A stretch of 64,000 nt of DNA from Tubiluchus corallicola (taxonomy: Eukaryota; Animalia; Priapulida), in the NCBI GenBank assembly GCA_030141605.1, contig JAQGDQ010000238.1, forward strand, positions 1 to 64,000, given 5' to 3'. Below, piece after piece: positions 14,701 through 29,130 of the stretch. The position numbers and the translations under genes are program-made. Each line of letters begins with the position of its first letter. Positions within the stretch are counted from its first letter, which is position 1. The notes beneath the pieces are model-generated. The model made no database searches and was not told where the DNA came from. It saw nothing but the letters and a program-made list of their open reading frames with translations.

Positions 14701-17700
14701 TACGTAATATAAAAAAGAGAATGAGACAAATCTAGTACATATAGTTACTACAGTGTGTATGAAATTCTAAGCAGGCATGTCTTTAATCCTCTCTTGAAAC
14801 GGTCACGTAGATGACAGAGTAATCTTTTCACACAAATGTGGCGAACATACAGGGAAGGCTGCCTCTCTCTCTCCATAAGACTTTCATAGTTGTTGTGCGG
14901 CATTTTTTACTTCTTTTTGTCCCTCTCAAATTTACTTGATATCAATCAATCTGACTGTCTTTATATATGTATAGCGTACATGTACTAAATGCGCCATAAT
15001 TTGTTTCTTGTTTCCCAAATTGCAAATTTAGCAATTTTTTTCTGCCGAAAATCTAAAAAAATGTCTGTCCCTATTTTGTCAATGCAGAATTCTGTAGAAT
15101 GTTTAATTTTATACAGCAATTTGAACAACTTACATACCAAATTTATATACTCCTGCTTACCAAATTTACATACTCCTTTATACTCCTACTTAGGGTTTTT
15201 TAGGCTAACCTGCACATAACATGAAATTTTTCATTCAAATCCTTTCATAAATTTCTCAAACGATGCTGTTTTTAATTTTCATCTGTTATGCTATTCGTAC
15301 ACACATATTATTTAGATGAGATACAGGCTATATGGCTGATGAGTAATTTTATCTAACAGCAATTATCAGAAGTTGATACAAGAGATCTTTTAACAAGTTA
15401 AAATCAATCTTCTCGTTGAATTTGTGTAAAACAATTCTTCTAATACTAACGGCATACGTTTTAGTCAAATATAATTGTATTTCATCTGTTTTCTTTTCTA
15501 TCTTTGCCTTTTTGAAATAGTTTGTTCGGTGCGCGAGTAAGCGGAGGGGTTCAGATGCGAGTGAAACCTCCTTGTGGTTTGGCGTTTAGATACTTTTTTG
15601 ACGACCAGATTAATTTAAACTATGCTGTAAACATTATAACTTCGTGTACGTGGGGTATCAGTGAGTAAAAGTGGCAAGCCATTGGGACCAGCATACAGCC
15701 AGCTTCGGTCTGTTCCAGTCAGATTTGTTAAATTTAAGTTCTGAGGATCTTTTAAAAATCCACTTGAAATAAACAGAAAATAATACAACACAGGATATAC
15801 TGAGTACATTACCTTTAACTGCAAAACCAATATTGCCAGGTTTCATTACATTTGCGGCCCATATCATCTGGAATATTTACACTCATTTCTGAAGAAAACA
15901 AGTCCCTATTACGCAATATTTAAGAATAAAGTCTTACACGTTGAATTCTTTAGCTTCAGTGAGGGTCAGAAGTGTGCAGTAGGCAGGAGTGTCCCGCCTT
16001 GATTTTTTATATAAAATTATTTACATTCAGCACATAAATGGTCTCTTTTTCTATCCTATCCCTTTGCTAACAGCAAATCTCTCTAAGCTTCACTCTTATT
16101 TTCCTCATTCACATCCTTCACTATTATGTTACCTTAACAAGTGCTGCTCGATACCATGTAGCAACAGCATTTCTTCATGTTTAAATTCGGTTTTGTTCTG
16201 TTTTTTTGTTTGTTGTTTGGAACACAGGTTGCATTGTTATTGCTGAGTGAATAAATAAATGTATAAATATGAAAGATGATGATAAATAAATTAATTAATG
16301 ATGCATAGTCACGTGTTGGATGTATAGATTTCTGAAGGAATTTTTCAATTTGCATTTTCTAAAAAATATGTTGGCTAGACAAGGAAATATTTATGCTGTT
16401 TTTCTTTGCAGAAGTAAAGAAAAGATTGTTGTTTAGTAAGAAGAGCTTGTTCATTATTATATTCATGTGCTTCGTCTTTGCCAGGTTTCTGATTTAAAAA
16501 AGGTTTGGGGTTAATTTTATTTTTTTCATAATTATTTTTTTATAGGAGATGAACTGATTGTTATTGCACAAGTTTTTGCTGCATCACAAATGGTTTTAGA
16601 AGAAAAGTTTGTTTACAAACACAATGTGCCTGCATTACAAGCTGTTGGCTGGGAGGGTAAGTTTTGCATTTATAAACGTATAGAGAACATTTTGTTAATT
16701 TTAGTAAAGGACACCAGGGAAAAAGTATTGTATTTACTGATGTTTAATTTTAAAGAATTTAAAATTTATATACTTGTAAACTAAATAGTCTTGTTTGTGT
16801 TTCTGTCATTTGCATTGTCCACAGTTTTAAGCATCATTTTTATTCTTACAATGCATGTGATTCCCTCCCTCAGCTTTTTTGGACGGACCAGAATTTATAA
16901 ATGTATTACACGTAATACATGTAGTAGAAATAAATACTACTACCAGCGGTGTAGCTTGGGGTGTGTCATTGTAGGGCACCCTGTTACTTCTTGTGTCGGT
17001 GAGGGCACTCTTTAACTTATCGTGTTAGTGTAGGGCATCACCCTGTTACTTATTGTGTTAGTGTAGTGCACACTGTTACTTATTGTGTTAGGGTAGGGCA
17101 TCCTGCTGCTTATCGTACTATCGTGTTAATGTAGGGCACCCTGTTGCTATCATGTTAGTGTAGGGCATCCTGTTACTTATTGTGTTAGTGTAGGGCACCC
17201 TATTACTTATTTTGTTAGTGTAGGGCACGCTGTTACTTATTGTGTTAGGGTAGGGCATCCTGTTACTTATCATGTTAGTGTAGGGCACTCTGTTACTTAT
17301 CATGATGGTGTAGGGCACCATGTTACTTTCCTGTTCGAAGTTTTTTTTTCATTTATGTGCTTAAGAGAGAAAACAGCAATGTCAGTTTTAAAATATTTCA
17401 TTATACACGGTCTTGGAGTCAAACCCACAACTTCACGCATAAAAGAATGTAACCATATACTAACCTGTAGGGTTTATTCTCAAGACTAAGTGAACTGAAA
17501 CATTTTGTTTTACAGGAATATTTGGGTTTTGCACACTTTCTCTTTTACTTATTCCCTTCTACTTCATTCCGGCTGGAAGTTTAAGTGGCAATCCTGAAGG
17601 ACGACTGGAAGATGCGATCGATGGTTTTATTCAAATTAGTAACTCTTGGCAAATAGCTACTGCTGTTTCTCGTAAGTACCATGACCAGGAACAAATTCAT

Positions 17701-20700
17701 CAGATTATTCAAATAAAATTTTACAACAATTTTGGCATTGAATTTTATTTTATTGCACATTTTGTACATTTATATGCTTACTACAAGATGTAATCCTGTG
17801 TTCATTTGCTAGATTTACTTATTGTGTTAGTACTTGTGGCAGGACCAAAACCTACCTTGTTATTAAGGATAGTCTTTTGCAACGAGATACTTAACTGGAG
17901 GTGTCTTAACCACATATAGATGTATTCACAACGCTCCCCCAGAAGGTGAGGCAGTCTCCCAGATGAACCTATTCCAGCAGAAGCCATTTTCTAGATGATC
18001 ACCCACTTATTTGCCTTCTTGGCTTAGTAGTGCTCAACTTTGGTCATTAGGCACGTGCTAGATTACTTAATTATTCTTTTCTGCATTATGACAAATTCTA
18101 AAACCATCTTTGTCTCCGTTTTACGTTTTGTAAACCCAGCACATGCATGATTAGCTAAAATTTATTGATATAATAACATAAGTTTTGCTGTGTTGAACAT
18201 TTTTCATTGAAAAGCTAGTTTATGGTTATTCACTTGCTGTACTTTCAAGATCAAATTCTAAGTAAATATAGTGATGGACAGTGAATTGTGATATATTTGT
18301 AATGGGCGTTACACATCATTATAATATATTTTGCTTTTTTGTTCCAGTAAATGTTCTAAGCATTGCATTCTTTAACTTTGCTGGCATAAGTGTGACAAAA
18401 GAATTCAGTGCCACAACACGGATGGTGATAGACAGTATTCGTACATTATCTGTTTGGGCATTGTCATTAGCATTTGGCTGGCAGGAATTTCAGTACTTAC
18501 AGATCTTTGGATTTATTCTTTTAATCACAGGTATATTGCTTATTAATATTTGTCATTAAAGAGCATAATCCATAATTGTCATCATTTGAATGCCGAATTG
18601 TTACCTTGCTAATGTGCTAAACATTTTAATTATGAAAAACGATTGTGGCCATGTAGTGATGAATTATGGCTTACGTGATTATAACATTTGTTTTATGTCT
18701 TTGTAGACTTGGAAAAAAGCGGGCTGCTTAAATGCTTGAAGCTTGGTGTGGACCCATCTTTTTATGCACAATTTTGGGGCTGCCTTTTTCTTTATTTTTA
18801 AATGATTTTAAAATTGCTTTAAAGCTCATGTTGTTTCCTTTTTTTTACTATAAATTAGAATTTGAAGTGTCCCTTGAATTCTTGGCTCTGACTGTCTTGA
18901 TTTGATCTTCTTGATCTTCAAATGGCATGTGATTTTTAGTCACATTGTTAAATACATAGGTGTGGTGGTGTGACATTGGTGATGGTACATTTTCGTCTTT
19001 GTCTTGGGCCATTTTTGAGAAATTTCTTAACCACAAGGAGCTTATTTGCCTAGGATCTTCATTTAGGGGTGCTTTGTTGCTCTTGTGGTCTCTTCGAATT
19101 GCCACTTCTCTTCAGTTACAATATATGACCTATTATTATCTAAGGACTTGGTGACATTTAGGGCAAATACGATTTCTGAAATAAGAAAAATTCAACAGCA
19201 CTATAACAAATTTTGTGGCATTTGCTTTTTGTGGTATTTTAAGAAATCAAAAGGATATTTGCAGAAATTCACAATTCTTCTCATATACCTAGTAGTGTAT
19301 CCTACACCTATTCAACCGGGTGGTGTAGCTCAATGGTAGCGTGCTCTCTTACCACCCGGGAGGTCGTGGGTTCAACTCTCGACCAAGTCATACCAAAGAC
19401 TCGAAAAGTGGTACCACTGGTTCTTTGACCAAGCACGCGGGTTTATCGAAGTAGCATGTAGGTAATAATAATCGGGACCACCTTGGAAATAAGTATTGAC
19501 TTACTTAAGCTGTTATCCTTGGATCTATATCCTAAACGCAATTATTATTATAGTACTGCACTATATATTAACTGTACATCTTAACAACTTTAAGTTTGTT
19601 TATGTCAGTAAAGTATCTTTCATGTTACAGCTGTAGAATGTTACAGAATAGCTGGCAGTTCTATGTAGCTGACTGGTCGGTTTTGAAGTCAGTTTTGCTA
19701 TATTTATCATTAAGAATCTCACAATTTCATTCAGAATTGCTAAGGTTTACTGTTAGAAATGTGGGGCTGCCAAAAAACACTGTTTCTGTCTAATTGCCTG
19801 GGCCGGGGATTATCATTATTTTTTTTACATTCATATATTTGCCTGACACAGTCATATAAAAGCGTTGTTTCGGCTAGCACGTCATAATTTTCTATGACGG
19901 CTAACTCTTGGCTAGGGTTGCTGTTTTGTATGATGCTGATTATCGTATTGGTGGCTAAAAGGTTTCATATTATTCGTCAAATCAGTATATTAATGGCCGA
20001 GTAGTATTACTGTTATACTATAATTATCTGAACAGTTCATACTACGCAAAAAAGAGTTTTTACGATAATTTAGTAATGTAAAGCAAAAAACTAAAAAACA
20101 AAGCGTGAAAAATGTGCATTGAAAAAATTTAAAACACTACTGGGAAATAAACAAACCTTGATTTCAACTGATTTTAGATACACAAAGCATACACAAAATT
20201 AGTTTTCCCCCCTCTTTACTGACATCTTTTGAGCTCATGAGGTAGACAGAAATACATTTCTTTTGTGACCGTCCTGGTGTCTGTGCAAATCCAATGGTAA
20301 CCCATTGAAACCTTGAAACATGCAATGATTTGAACGAGGAGTGTGGGCATTTTCTATCTAGAACTTTATAAAACATGAAGCATTTATCTTTCTATATATT
20401 ATGTTGAATCCTGTGAAGCTAATAGGGATTTTTTATGACAGTTATTGTATGATGTAAGATTTTCTAAAAAGCTTTTTCACTACAAGAGTGTTGGTCTTGT
20501 CACTAAATTAGATAGTCTTAGTTAATTTCAAAACAAAATGCTACTCAAAAGGTCTTTGTCTTTTATATTTCAGGCACATTTGTCTACAATGACGTCATAA
20601 TTCGTCCGCTTCTCAGACGGCATTTAGGTCTTTTCACAGGAGCTAGTAGTCGCCAAAGTAGTGTCAACGAAACATCGAAACTGATCAATGATGATATAGT

Positions 20701-20740
20701 TGACAACTCTGCAGACATTGATCACAACCAGGTGTCATGA
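8761..20740 (+). CDS. SLC35F6: Solute carrier family 35 member F6 (DMT/nucleotide-sugar transporter-like), 9 coding exons, 384 aa
   Basis: Exons 8761-8837, 10538-10607, 10865-10974, 12861-12970, 14218-14388, 16546-16656, 17516-17671, 18348-18530, 20574-20740; all GT-AG, phases consistent, sum 1155 nt. Protein MAWTSYQ...TGTINTISTKWAD...HPFLQ...PALCDMAGTS...ASSFQMLRGAVIVFTG...QMVLEEKFVYKHNV...SIAFFNFAGISVTKEFSATTRMVIDS matches human SLC35F6 motifs as I recall them. Confidence 0.95.
9491..9815. repeat. Exact tandem duplication of a 159-bp intronic segment
   Basis: aacccatttatgatgtagtaaagggc... begins at 9491 and again at 9650; a partial third start lies at 9809. Confidence 0.9.
11428..11923 (+). 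mobile_element. Non-autonomous hAT-type DNA transposon
   Basis: Termini CAGTGGCGG...CCGCCACTT with a near-perfect 8-bp TSD (atgccggt 11420-11427 / ataccggt 11924-11931). Internal peptide FSQLSLHEKVAVKKTGH resembles the N-terminus of ZMYM1-like hAT transposases. Confidence 0.7.
13261..13417. repeat. Tandem duplication of a ~70-87 bp intronic segment
   Basis: tatatcaaaatcgtaatt.catattatgttttccttatgttt.cttgctatt...catcatttacttta occurs twice. Confidence 0.8.
16970..17327. repeat. 30-bp minisatellite (~11 copies, GTAGGGCACCCTGTTACTTATTGTGTTAGT)
   Basis: Direct inspection of head-to-tail units in an SLC35F6 intron. Confidence 0.92.
17820..18060 (-). mobile_element. Degenerate 5S-derived SINE relic
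   Basis: Shares ggttaagacacctc...ggtcct.ccacaag with the 41830-42110 copy; decayed 5S-like head at ~17995-18045. Confidence 0.45.
19315..19550 (+). mobile_element. tRNA-derived SINE (MetaSINE-like central domain)
   Basis: A box TAGCTCAATGG and B box GGTTCAACTC, then gtcataccaaagactcgaaaagtggtacc...aagcacgc (similar to the Meta-domain as I recall it) and an (ATT)n tail. Confidence 0.7.
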
Positions 20741-20932
20741 TATAGAAGTGTGAGTTGATGATGTTTTTTTGTGTTCTCATGTGATTGCTTTGTGTAGATA
20801 AAGTCGTGATCATGGCCTGGCTTTTGTTGAGCTCAAAATTTTTCGAATTGTAATTTAAATGTGTTTAAGGTAGGCAGGCATATATATATATATATATATA
20901 TACATATATACAAATATATATATATATATATA

Positions 20933-21216
20933 CAGTAAACTATGTATAACTCGAACTGGTATAACTGGAATTCTTGCACATCTCGAGCAGATTTCGTGGA
21001 ACGGATTTTCCCTTTCGTTTCAGAATCTGATCAAACTTACCATGCCTATGTTGAACAGCCTTCCATGCATGAATGTGTGCACACCGCATTACGATTTTAA
21101 CTGCTAGTTACAGCAAAACAGCAAAGATTTCTTGTATTAGCCTAGCAGAACACTGTACACAACAACTCAAAAAAATTTTCCGGTCCCGAGGTGTTCGAGT
21201 TACATGTAATTTACTG
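20933..21216. mobile_element. Tc1/mariner-pogo-type MITE
   Basis: TA|CAGTAAACTATGTATAACTCGAAC ... GTTCGAGTTACATGTAATTTACTG|TA: inverted termini with TA target duplication. Confidence 0.8.
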
Positions 21217-24200
21217 TATACTTTAGTACAAACAATCTAAGAATTGTTATATCAGGAAAATTATTTGACAACATGCCTGCTTTTACAAATATTTTAATTT
21301 TTTGTTCGGGAGCATCATATCACTGAACATCGTGGCAGCTAGCAGTCATCAATACTTAATATGCTTTTTTTGGTTTTGGGTCCTAAATGAAATAGTTTTC
21401 AATAATCTTTATGTACCCATAAAAGTAAAAATTAAAACTAAATTACAAAGCAGTTTGTCAATTTTGTTACCACCAGTATTTCTTCTAATATTGGACAAAA
21501 TTAGACACAAAATCTAAGCTGGTCTTATTTTCAAAAATATCATTATTGACTGACTAAAATAATAATCCAGTTAGAAAAGGTTTTGGCAGCACAGAAGTCC
21601 ACTGAAACTGTTTAAATTTTTATGTTGGGCTTATTAAGTAAAAAATGAAACTATCAGACGAGATCTGGTCCCATCATTCTACAGAACTATTTTTTGTGTT
21701 CATGTGTGTGTAATGCAGCCACCATACCGTATGCCAGCCATGAAGACGCACTTGGGTCTCCTGATAATTTTTTAGATCGTGAAATGCTTTTTCTATGCTG
21801 GCAAAACAGAAAAACCACTTCAGTCATGCTGTCACTGGACATTGTCACATTTTACTAAAAGTACAATGCACATGCAGACAAAAGTTTGAATTATAACCTG
21901 ATGCAAGTGCAATGATACTACGCTCGTAAATTACATGACTGTGCCATCTGGACCATGTCTGTATTGCATTTCTATGGCAACCTATTCCTTCCATGATCAT
22001 GTGGTGATAATTGTGAGTTTTTGTCCTTTAAATTTTTCTGCAGCCATGTAGATTTTCAAACAAAATGGTGCATTCCTAACCGTCTCAGCTGCATTGTTAT
22101 TAATGTTTAGAAAACCTAGCTGTGATCTGATGGAGACTTGGCCATTTTCTAAGGTTGCAGTGAGGTCTTCTATCAGTGTGACAGGGTTGGTAAGGCCGGA
22201 TACCCCAATACATACCTGAATGTTGTTAAGACCAACAATTTTTGTGCTTTCATTGGTTCTTTCATTGTCACACTAACGCTTTTGGTTTAGTATGGGCATA
22301 TACAGGAAGTGCTGTTATTGTTTCAGAAAACACATTTACTGATGACGCATGTTGAAAAATAATGAGAAAGCACATTTTTAGAATACCTAATTAAAAACCA
22401 GGTGGTTGCATATAGGAATAAAATACACTAAAATCAGATGAATTCCTGCTAAACAGCAATTGGAGCAAGCATATAAAGTTGGTGCTGCCATCTACAAGCA
22501 AATATTGAACTTAATTTCATGATTTATTGTAGATGCCGTATTTGATTGGGGGAAAACCCTGATGCTTCTCAAAATATTTTTCTAAACGATAATAAAAGGT
22601 TAATTATCTCAAAGTGATTACTAAATTACTTCTAACTATTTTGAATATAAGATGAGATGAAGATAATAAGGAATATTTATGCATACGGAATAATATCTCT
22701 TAGCGAGCTTTGATATGCTATTAATAGCTTTATGCCACAAATTCACAATTAAATGCAAATATAAATTTTTTTGTTTTTTTACTGATTGCTGATATTTTCA
22801 TAAAAATGTTAAACCTGCCATTTTTGCTGTCGTTATGCATATAGATTTCTTGTGAATTTGGCATTTTTGATCTGTTGATTTGTGACGATTCTAGTTTGTA
22901 AAACTCATGCATTAGTCATAAATCTAATAAAAAATTTTAATAATGATAAATTATATTTTTATACATTTATAAGCTAAGCTCATCACCTAAATGATGTCTG
23001 TTTAATAATCTCAGTAAGTAGAATCGTGAGTGTAAATCATGCTTGCCTGACAGCCTTACACTGGACCATAAGTGTGTAAAGTTGTTCAGGTAAGCTATAG
23101 GACAGTTTAACAAAAACGCTTTACCTATACACAGTCATATAATTCACGATCAGATGGCTTCTGATCCCAATAAATGTCTGCTTATTTTGCACTTTTTTAA
23201 TCGCAAAAAAACTTGCGAAGAATTTTTCATCTCCATTTTTATCAAGCAGTCCTATGGAAAATGTGTCTGTGAACATAACTGTGTTTATAGTAACAACAAT
23301 GATATATTAAAGGAAGAGTAAACCATTTGTTGAACATTTTCCGGGTTTCTTAGAACAGTATCATCTAAAAGTGTTCTGCCAAATTAACTAATGACCCTTA
23401 ATCCTGGTAGAGGCATTTGTAAAATATATCTACATCATCGTGCAACCCGATTTTTACTCTTTCCAAAGATCAGTAAATTTCCCTCCGAGACCCAATCATG
23501 CGCCATTGGGTCGTTTCTACATTTTTCTATATGGTTTTCTGGCAGTGAGAAAAAAATGCCATTTTTGATGGTTTTTATCTGCCGTTCCTAGAAGATCTCT
23601 GTGTAGAAAAATATCCTAGCTGCACTTGGTGGGAAATTTATAGCTCTTTGGAAAGAGGAGGAAGCTGCCTGTATGATAATGTGGGCCTCTTTTGTAAAAG
23701 TCTTTACAGGTGGAGGGGCCACTAGTTAGCTTGGATAAAACTTTTTTCTGAACAACCCTGTATATTGTAAGCCGTGGAAAAATGATGATGTGACATTTTT
23801 TTTTAAAATTGGAACTGCAGTTTGAAGTTAACTGCACATCCCACACTCGTACTTTTGTTTAAACCACCATAAAATATTTTATATTTTTTATGCATAACTC
23901 ATATTTGTTTTTATAAACTTTATACTTATACTATTTGATCGTGTACTGTTTTAGCATTTGCTTTCGTAGATAATGATAGTATTTTTTTTAATAATGTGTT
24001 TGATTAATTGTATTTGATAAATTTAGGAACAACGATTTTGTTCACGATAATAGCATTTATTTATATATAGGCACATTATCATATAATATTATTATTTACA
24101 CATTAAGTATTTTCAATCAAGTTATCAAAATATCACAGAACTAAGAGCTTTCATAAAGGTGCCAATTTTGATTGCTGTTATTGAGACAAATTGGAATGAT

Positions 24201-24666
24201 GAACAGTATTTTTATATCACAAGTATAACTGCTGTCTTTGATATTACTATAATGGAATTATAATCATGAAAAGGACTGGATTGTCCTTTAATAAGACTTG
24301 AAATTTCAAATTTAATAATAAAATGATTAACTCATAGGAATGTTGTTACATGATCGCAAAGTATATTATGATTATCAATATACATGCGTTTTCGTGGTTT
24401 CTAGAAATATATGTCTAGTTGTTGCCACTATATACTGATCTTTTTCTCTGAATAAGCAGCGATTTTAACTTTAAGTGCAAAACTGCACTTACTACTTACA
24501 ATGTATGGAAAAATAATGAATTTTTATTTACATAATTTGTATTTTCGTCTTGCGTAATGATAATCTGCAAAAATAATATAGTCTCATTGTCCACCATTAT
24601 TTCGAGTTTTTTGGTTTTGTATTTTTGGAATGCACAAATGTAAAACATTCACACCTTTGCAGTTTT

Positions 24667-27600
24667 TTACCAAGGTCGCCATACGGGAAACATCCTTTTA
24701 TAAAATTCTGCGTAAGGATTAATGACTATTTCCGGAAAAATTGGCACCGGTTTACGTAACAATACTGGTGGTCCGGCTCTCATAGAACAAGTAGGTTCAC
24801 TTTGTTGCACCGAGCTGTTTTCTTCTCGAGTAGTTGATTCTGGTATTTGTGACGCTGAGCCAGTGGGCCGAACTTGTGGTGACAAAACCGGGGGTGGTGT
24901 CGTTGCCGTTGAATGCGCCGGCGACAGTGAAGGAGGTCTTGCCGCCGACGTTGATGATGAAGACGATGACGAAATAAGAGATAGCGGTAATCTTTGAGAA
25001 GGTGTTATCTCCGGTGACTGTAGCACGGTTGTTGATGCTGGTGACAACATTGACATAGGCGTTGTTGCTATTGAAGGTACCTGTTGTTGGTAGGCAGTTC
25101 TGTAAATGACAGATGATAAATGTTTCATCACTCGGTCCTGCATGCCAGAGTTCATACCTGTGTTACGCATGAAATGCAGCACTGCAGCAGCGCACTCTGT
25201 GTATCCTGCTTGATACTTCAACAGTAACTCAGGATGAGCTGTTAATGCTGAAATGTAAGACAAACATAGCCGTAAAAAATAGTAAAAATAATTAGTGAGA
25301 ACAGAGATGAAAATTTGAAAAATAATTTTTTCACTGCTTTGTCTGACCAACACACCTGTCGGTATGTTATCAAGTTTTAAATAATTTGTATGTAACTATA
25401 TCATAAGCTATATGCTTAAAAAGCGTTGATCGCAGTTTTATAGGTGACAGGCAGAAGTAATTCTTTGTGATAATGATATCATAAGTAGAATGATTAATAA
25501 TTCAATTTCAATTCAATTCACCTTTTTTTTCAGCATTAAAATTGCCATAATACGTAAAAAATCCCAGTGTAAAAAATTGCCATAATACGTAAAGAAGTGT
25601 CAAATTAGACGAGGGTCGTCTAATTCAAACAGTATTGATACACATCCTTGAATGCCTTCATCTCGCTCCTAACCTAAAAACTTTCAGGGCCAGCAATAGG
25701 AAGTACAGGGCCCCAGTCAGAAAATTATTAGTGGTGCCTTCTACCCTACAAAATTTCAAGTTTCATGTTTTATGTTTTGTTTGGGATGCCACTAGGCTCC
25801 AGTTAGAAAACCATTAGTGGTGCCCTCTGCCGTGCAAAATTTGAATGTGATATTTTATGGTTCGTGTGGGATGCCAGTTAGCCAAAAAGCGTTTAGGATT
25901 TGAGGTGTCTCCATTAGCCACAATGATGCACTAAAAGTTGAAAGTCCATATGAAAGTTTCTAATGTTTTATTCCAAGTCAAAATAAGTACTTATACCGTA
26001 GGTATGTTTTATTCGGGTTTAGTTTTGAAGAACTTCTGTCACGTGATGCGACTATTTACGGGCATTGTTAACTAAATCCTTGGCGCAGGGCGCAATTTGA
26101 ACAAATGGGACTTTGGCTTAAAACGCTGTCACGGTTAATTCTGCTGGCTAAGGAATCTGCTCTATTGCTGATTCAGCTTTATGTGTTATGTCAGGAAAAT
26201 CGATGCTTGAACCCCTTGTGTGAAAAAATCCGGTATGAATAAATAAAAGCTAGGACAGCCATTCTACTCGCATTAATGGGGAAATGGATCACTTCTCTAA
26301 TAATTTTAAGTTCAGTGATTTTTGATTCAATTCGATAAAAATCGATAATAATTAGAAAAGTAGATTAAAAAAGAACATATTAGAAAAAATGCATGAAACA
26401 CGCACGCATTTACTTGTACTAACTTTTAAAGTTTAGTGGGTTCAACATTTCTTGAACCGCAACACGGCTGAAAGCACACTATTTCTGCTAATAGGTGGCA
26501 GCACTTACCGTGTCCCTGCTGAGTCCGTAGCATGTGGAGGTAATCGACTGCCATCTCCAAAATATCGGCTTTTTCGACTTTTGAATAACACATTCCCTGA
26601 AAAAATCAAAGATTACTAACTGAACATTATGCATTGTCAGACTGATATATCCCATCAGTTAATAAACCAGTAAAAATTTTATTTTTAAACTAAATCAGAG
26701 TGTGCGATAAAGTGTCAATGAGTTTTATTAAGAAACGCGAGCTAGCAAATGCGAAAATTAGCTCTTCGTTTGAAGAACAAAGCAAGAAAAATTTGTTAAT
26801 GACATAAAAATGGATTCTGATGTTTTATTTAATTTTTAAATGTTACAAGGGATGATTTCGATGGATGTAATGCAGTAGTCCCTTTATTGTTAATTTTTTT
26901 CGACATCGGAAACCACGTTAAGCAAATTTATACAAATAGCGTGAAATACTTTTTTCACCAGGTAAAATTTCGTCAGGACGTCTCACGCTATGTACACCTC
27001 AAGGAAAATCTGTCATTGCATTGAGCGCGCAAATGTATTTGTTATATGCCACCTGTAGCCTAACACCCGCTCCTAATCTTTGAAAAGCGCTGACCAGCGA
27101 CTGCCGTTTTTAGCGAAAAAGTTTTTCTTTCGTCTATAAGATACAATAAATCCCAAAAGGAACTAAAATTAGCCTTTGCCACGTGTAGTTTAAGCAATTG
27201 TGAAGTCTGTTGTTAGTTTCATGTGTATCATGTGACATTATGACATCAAGTAGCATGTTACAATGAATAAACAGGTGTTTAGGAGAGCTTTGTGGCTTAG
27301 GGTATTATGAAAACGTAGAAAATTGAAAAGAAGTATTTGCGTGAAGGTAGAATATATTTCTTTGTGCCGATTTGCATTTGAGCTTAGCCAAAGTGAACAG
27401 CTTTTTGCGCAGGCGGGAGATTATTGAGTAGCATCGAACGACTCGAAAATTTTGAATTTTGATAATGCTTAGCAAAGAGCAATGCGCTCAATCCTAAGCA
27501 AAAAATTTAAGCAATGCGCACCGTAAAAAGCACAGCTATTGAAAGGAATACAACATCTATGAAAGATGTATGAATACTATGATTAGTATGATTACTATGA

Positions 27601-28890
27601 TACTATGATTAGTATGAATACTATGATACTATGATTAGTATGAATACTATGATACTATGATATTTTTATTTCTGCATAGTGCTACGCATGCTGATGTTGC
27701 CAAGTCGTACGCGCGCAGTAGCTGATCCTTTACGATTAAAAGAACCCAGATAAAAGCAAGAAACGTATGGCCGTCGCTCTTTTGCAGTTACTGCTCCACG
27801 ATTGTGGACTGGCTTACCATTAACTATACGTCAACTACCAACATTAAAAACTTTTAAAACACTTAAAAGCACAACTTTTCATTCAGCATTATGAATTATA
27901 GTTCTATTTGTACATTATTCAATTTTACGATGACTTTTAAAAATTTTTAAGCTTGGTACTATTTTCAATTTATATGATTTTGCGATTTTAAGAATGATTT
28001 ATTTTGTTACGATTGTATGCATTTATAAATTGTAAAGCGTATCGAGATCTCCGGTGTGATGCGCTCTACAAACAATAGATTATTATTATTATTATTATGA
28101 TATTTCTGCAAAGCTATTTTAACTTAATCTTACTGACTGCTGTAACAAAATTTTCTTACATCTTTCCGGATCCCTTGTTGTCGCAATAGCTCCTTGAGCT
28201 CTTCCAGACAAGCATTTATCCTGTCCCGCCTTTTTTTCTCCACGACAGGCTTAAAAATCTGCAAAATAACCAACATTTTAATTTGCTTGCCTGTCTGTCT
28301 GTTTTTTCTTCTGTACGTTGTTTGATTATTAATTATATTGCTTTTAAATGCAAATTCTCATTGTTGGGTTAAAGACTGTAATTACAAGGAGTAGTGAAGT
28401 GCAATGTTATTATTAATTTGGGCATACAGGTAGGATAAGTACAAATATTTCAAAATGCTTAGTAAAGTTGAAATAACAAAAAGTTTTTTACGTGCTAACA
28501 ACTACAGCTATGAGATGGACATTACTCACTCAAAATTAGACTGTAAAACTATTATATTGCATTCAAGATTATATTTTTCTTAGCCAATAAACGTTTTGTA
28601 GTAGATTAAATCAGTATTTTGTGTTATAAAGTTTATTATACTTTGTTCATTAATTATCTTGATCAATTTTATAACTTTGTTTCGCATCAATCAAAAACCA
28701 TTTAAAACGTCTCAAAATTGTAGTACATCATAATTATTTAAGTTTTTAGTATTTTTGTTAGCGTTAAACATTTTACTCAATAATATATTAACATTATATA
28801 AATTTTAATCAGTTGCCTCACCTTTCTTCTTTCTTCTTTAGAAAGTTTAGCAATGTCTTGTCGTTCAGTTCGATCCGATTTTGGATACAT
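24667..28890 (-). CDS. HES: Hairy/Enhancer-of-split bHLH-Orange repressor, canonical 4-exon form (HesC), 278 aa, WRPW
   Basis: Exons 28890-28822 (MYPK...ERRK), 28258-28160 (IFKPVVEKKRRDRINACLEELKELL...), 26596-26509 (SKVEKADILEMAVDYL), 25247-24667 (Orange YQAGYTECAAAVLHFM...VMKHL, Ser/Pro/Thr tail, VWRPW*). GT-AG introns with phases 0,0,1 at the conserved Hes positions; 837 nt. Confidence 0.93.
27720..28098 (+). mobile_element. L2-type LINE 3' end in HesC intron 2
   Basis: Peptide YGRRSFAVTAPRLWTGLP..IRQLPTLKTFK, L2-like terminal stem gtaaagcg...gcgctctacaaa and (TTA)n tail. Confidence 0.75.
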
Positions 28891-29130
28891 TGTCAACAAA
28901 TTCACCACACAAGATAAAACTCAAGTCTAAATAATAATTGTTTTCTGTGGAATTATTAATAACAAGACAATGGCAAATAAAAATATTTTAACCGACTCAG
29001 TTTTGCCTTCAAAATGCATTTAACACTACATTTGAGTATTTTAAGCGGTTTAGCACTATTAATGACGATGTTCGTGTGTATAGGAATTTCTCAAATTTGG
29101 TCTGATGGAATTTGGCAGCCATGAGATGTA

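Noticed and set aside
19317-19392. Functional tRNA gene
   Set aside because: A/B boxes are present but the acceptor stem does not close and it continues into a SINE body and tail.
25248-25353. N-terminal part of the 228-aa ORF 24667-25353
   Set aside because: Intronic read-through upstream of the acceptor at 25248; the real N-terminus comes from three upstream exons.
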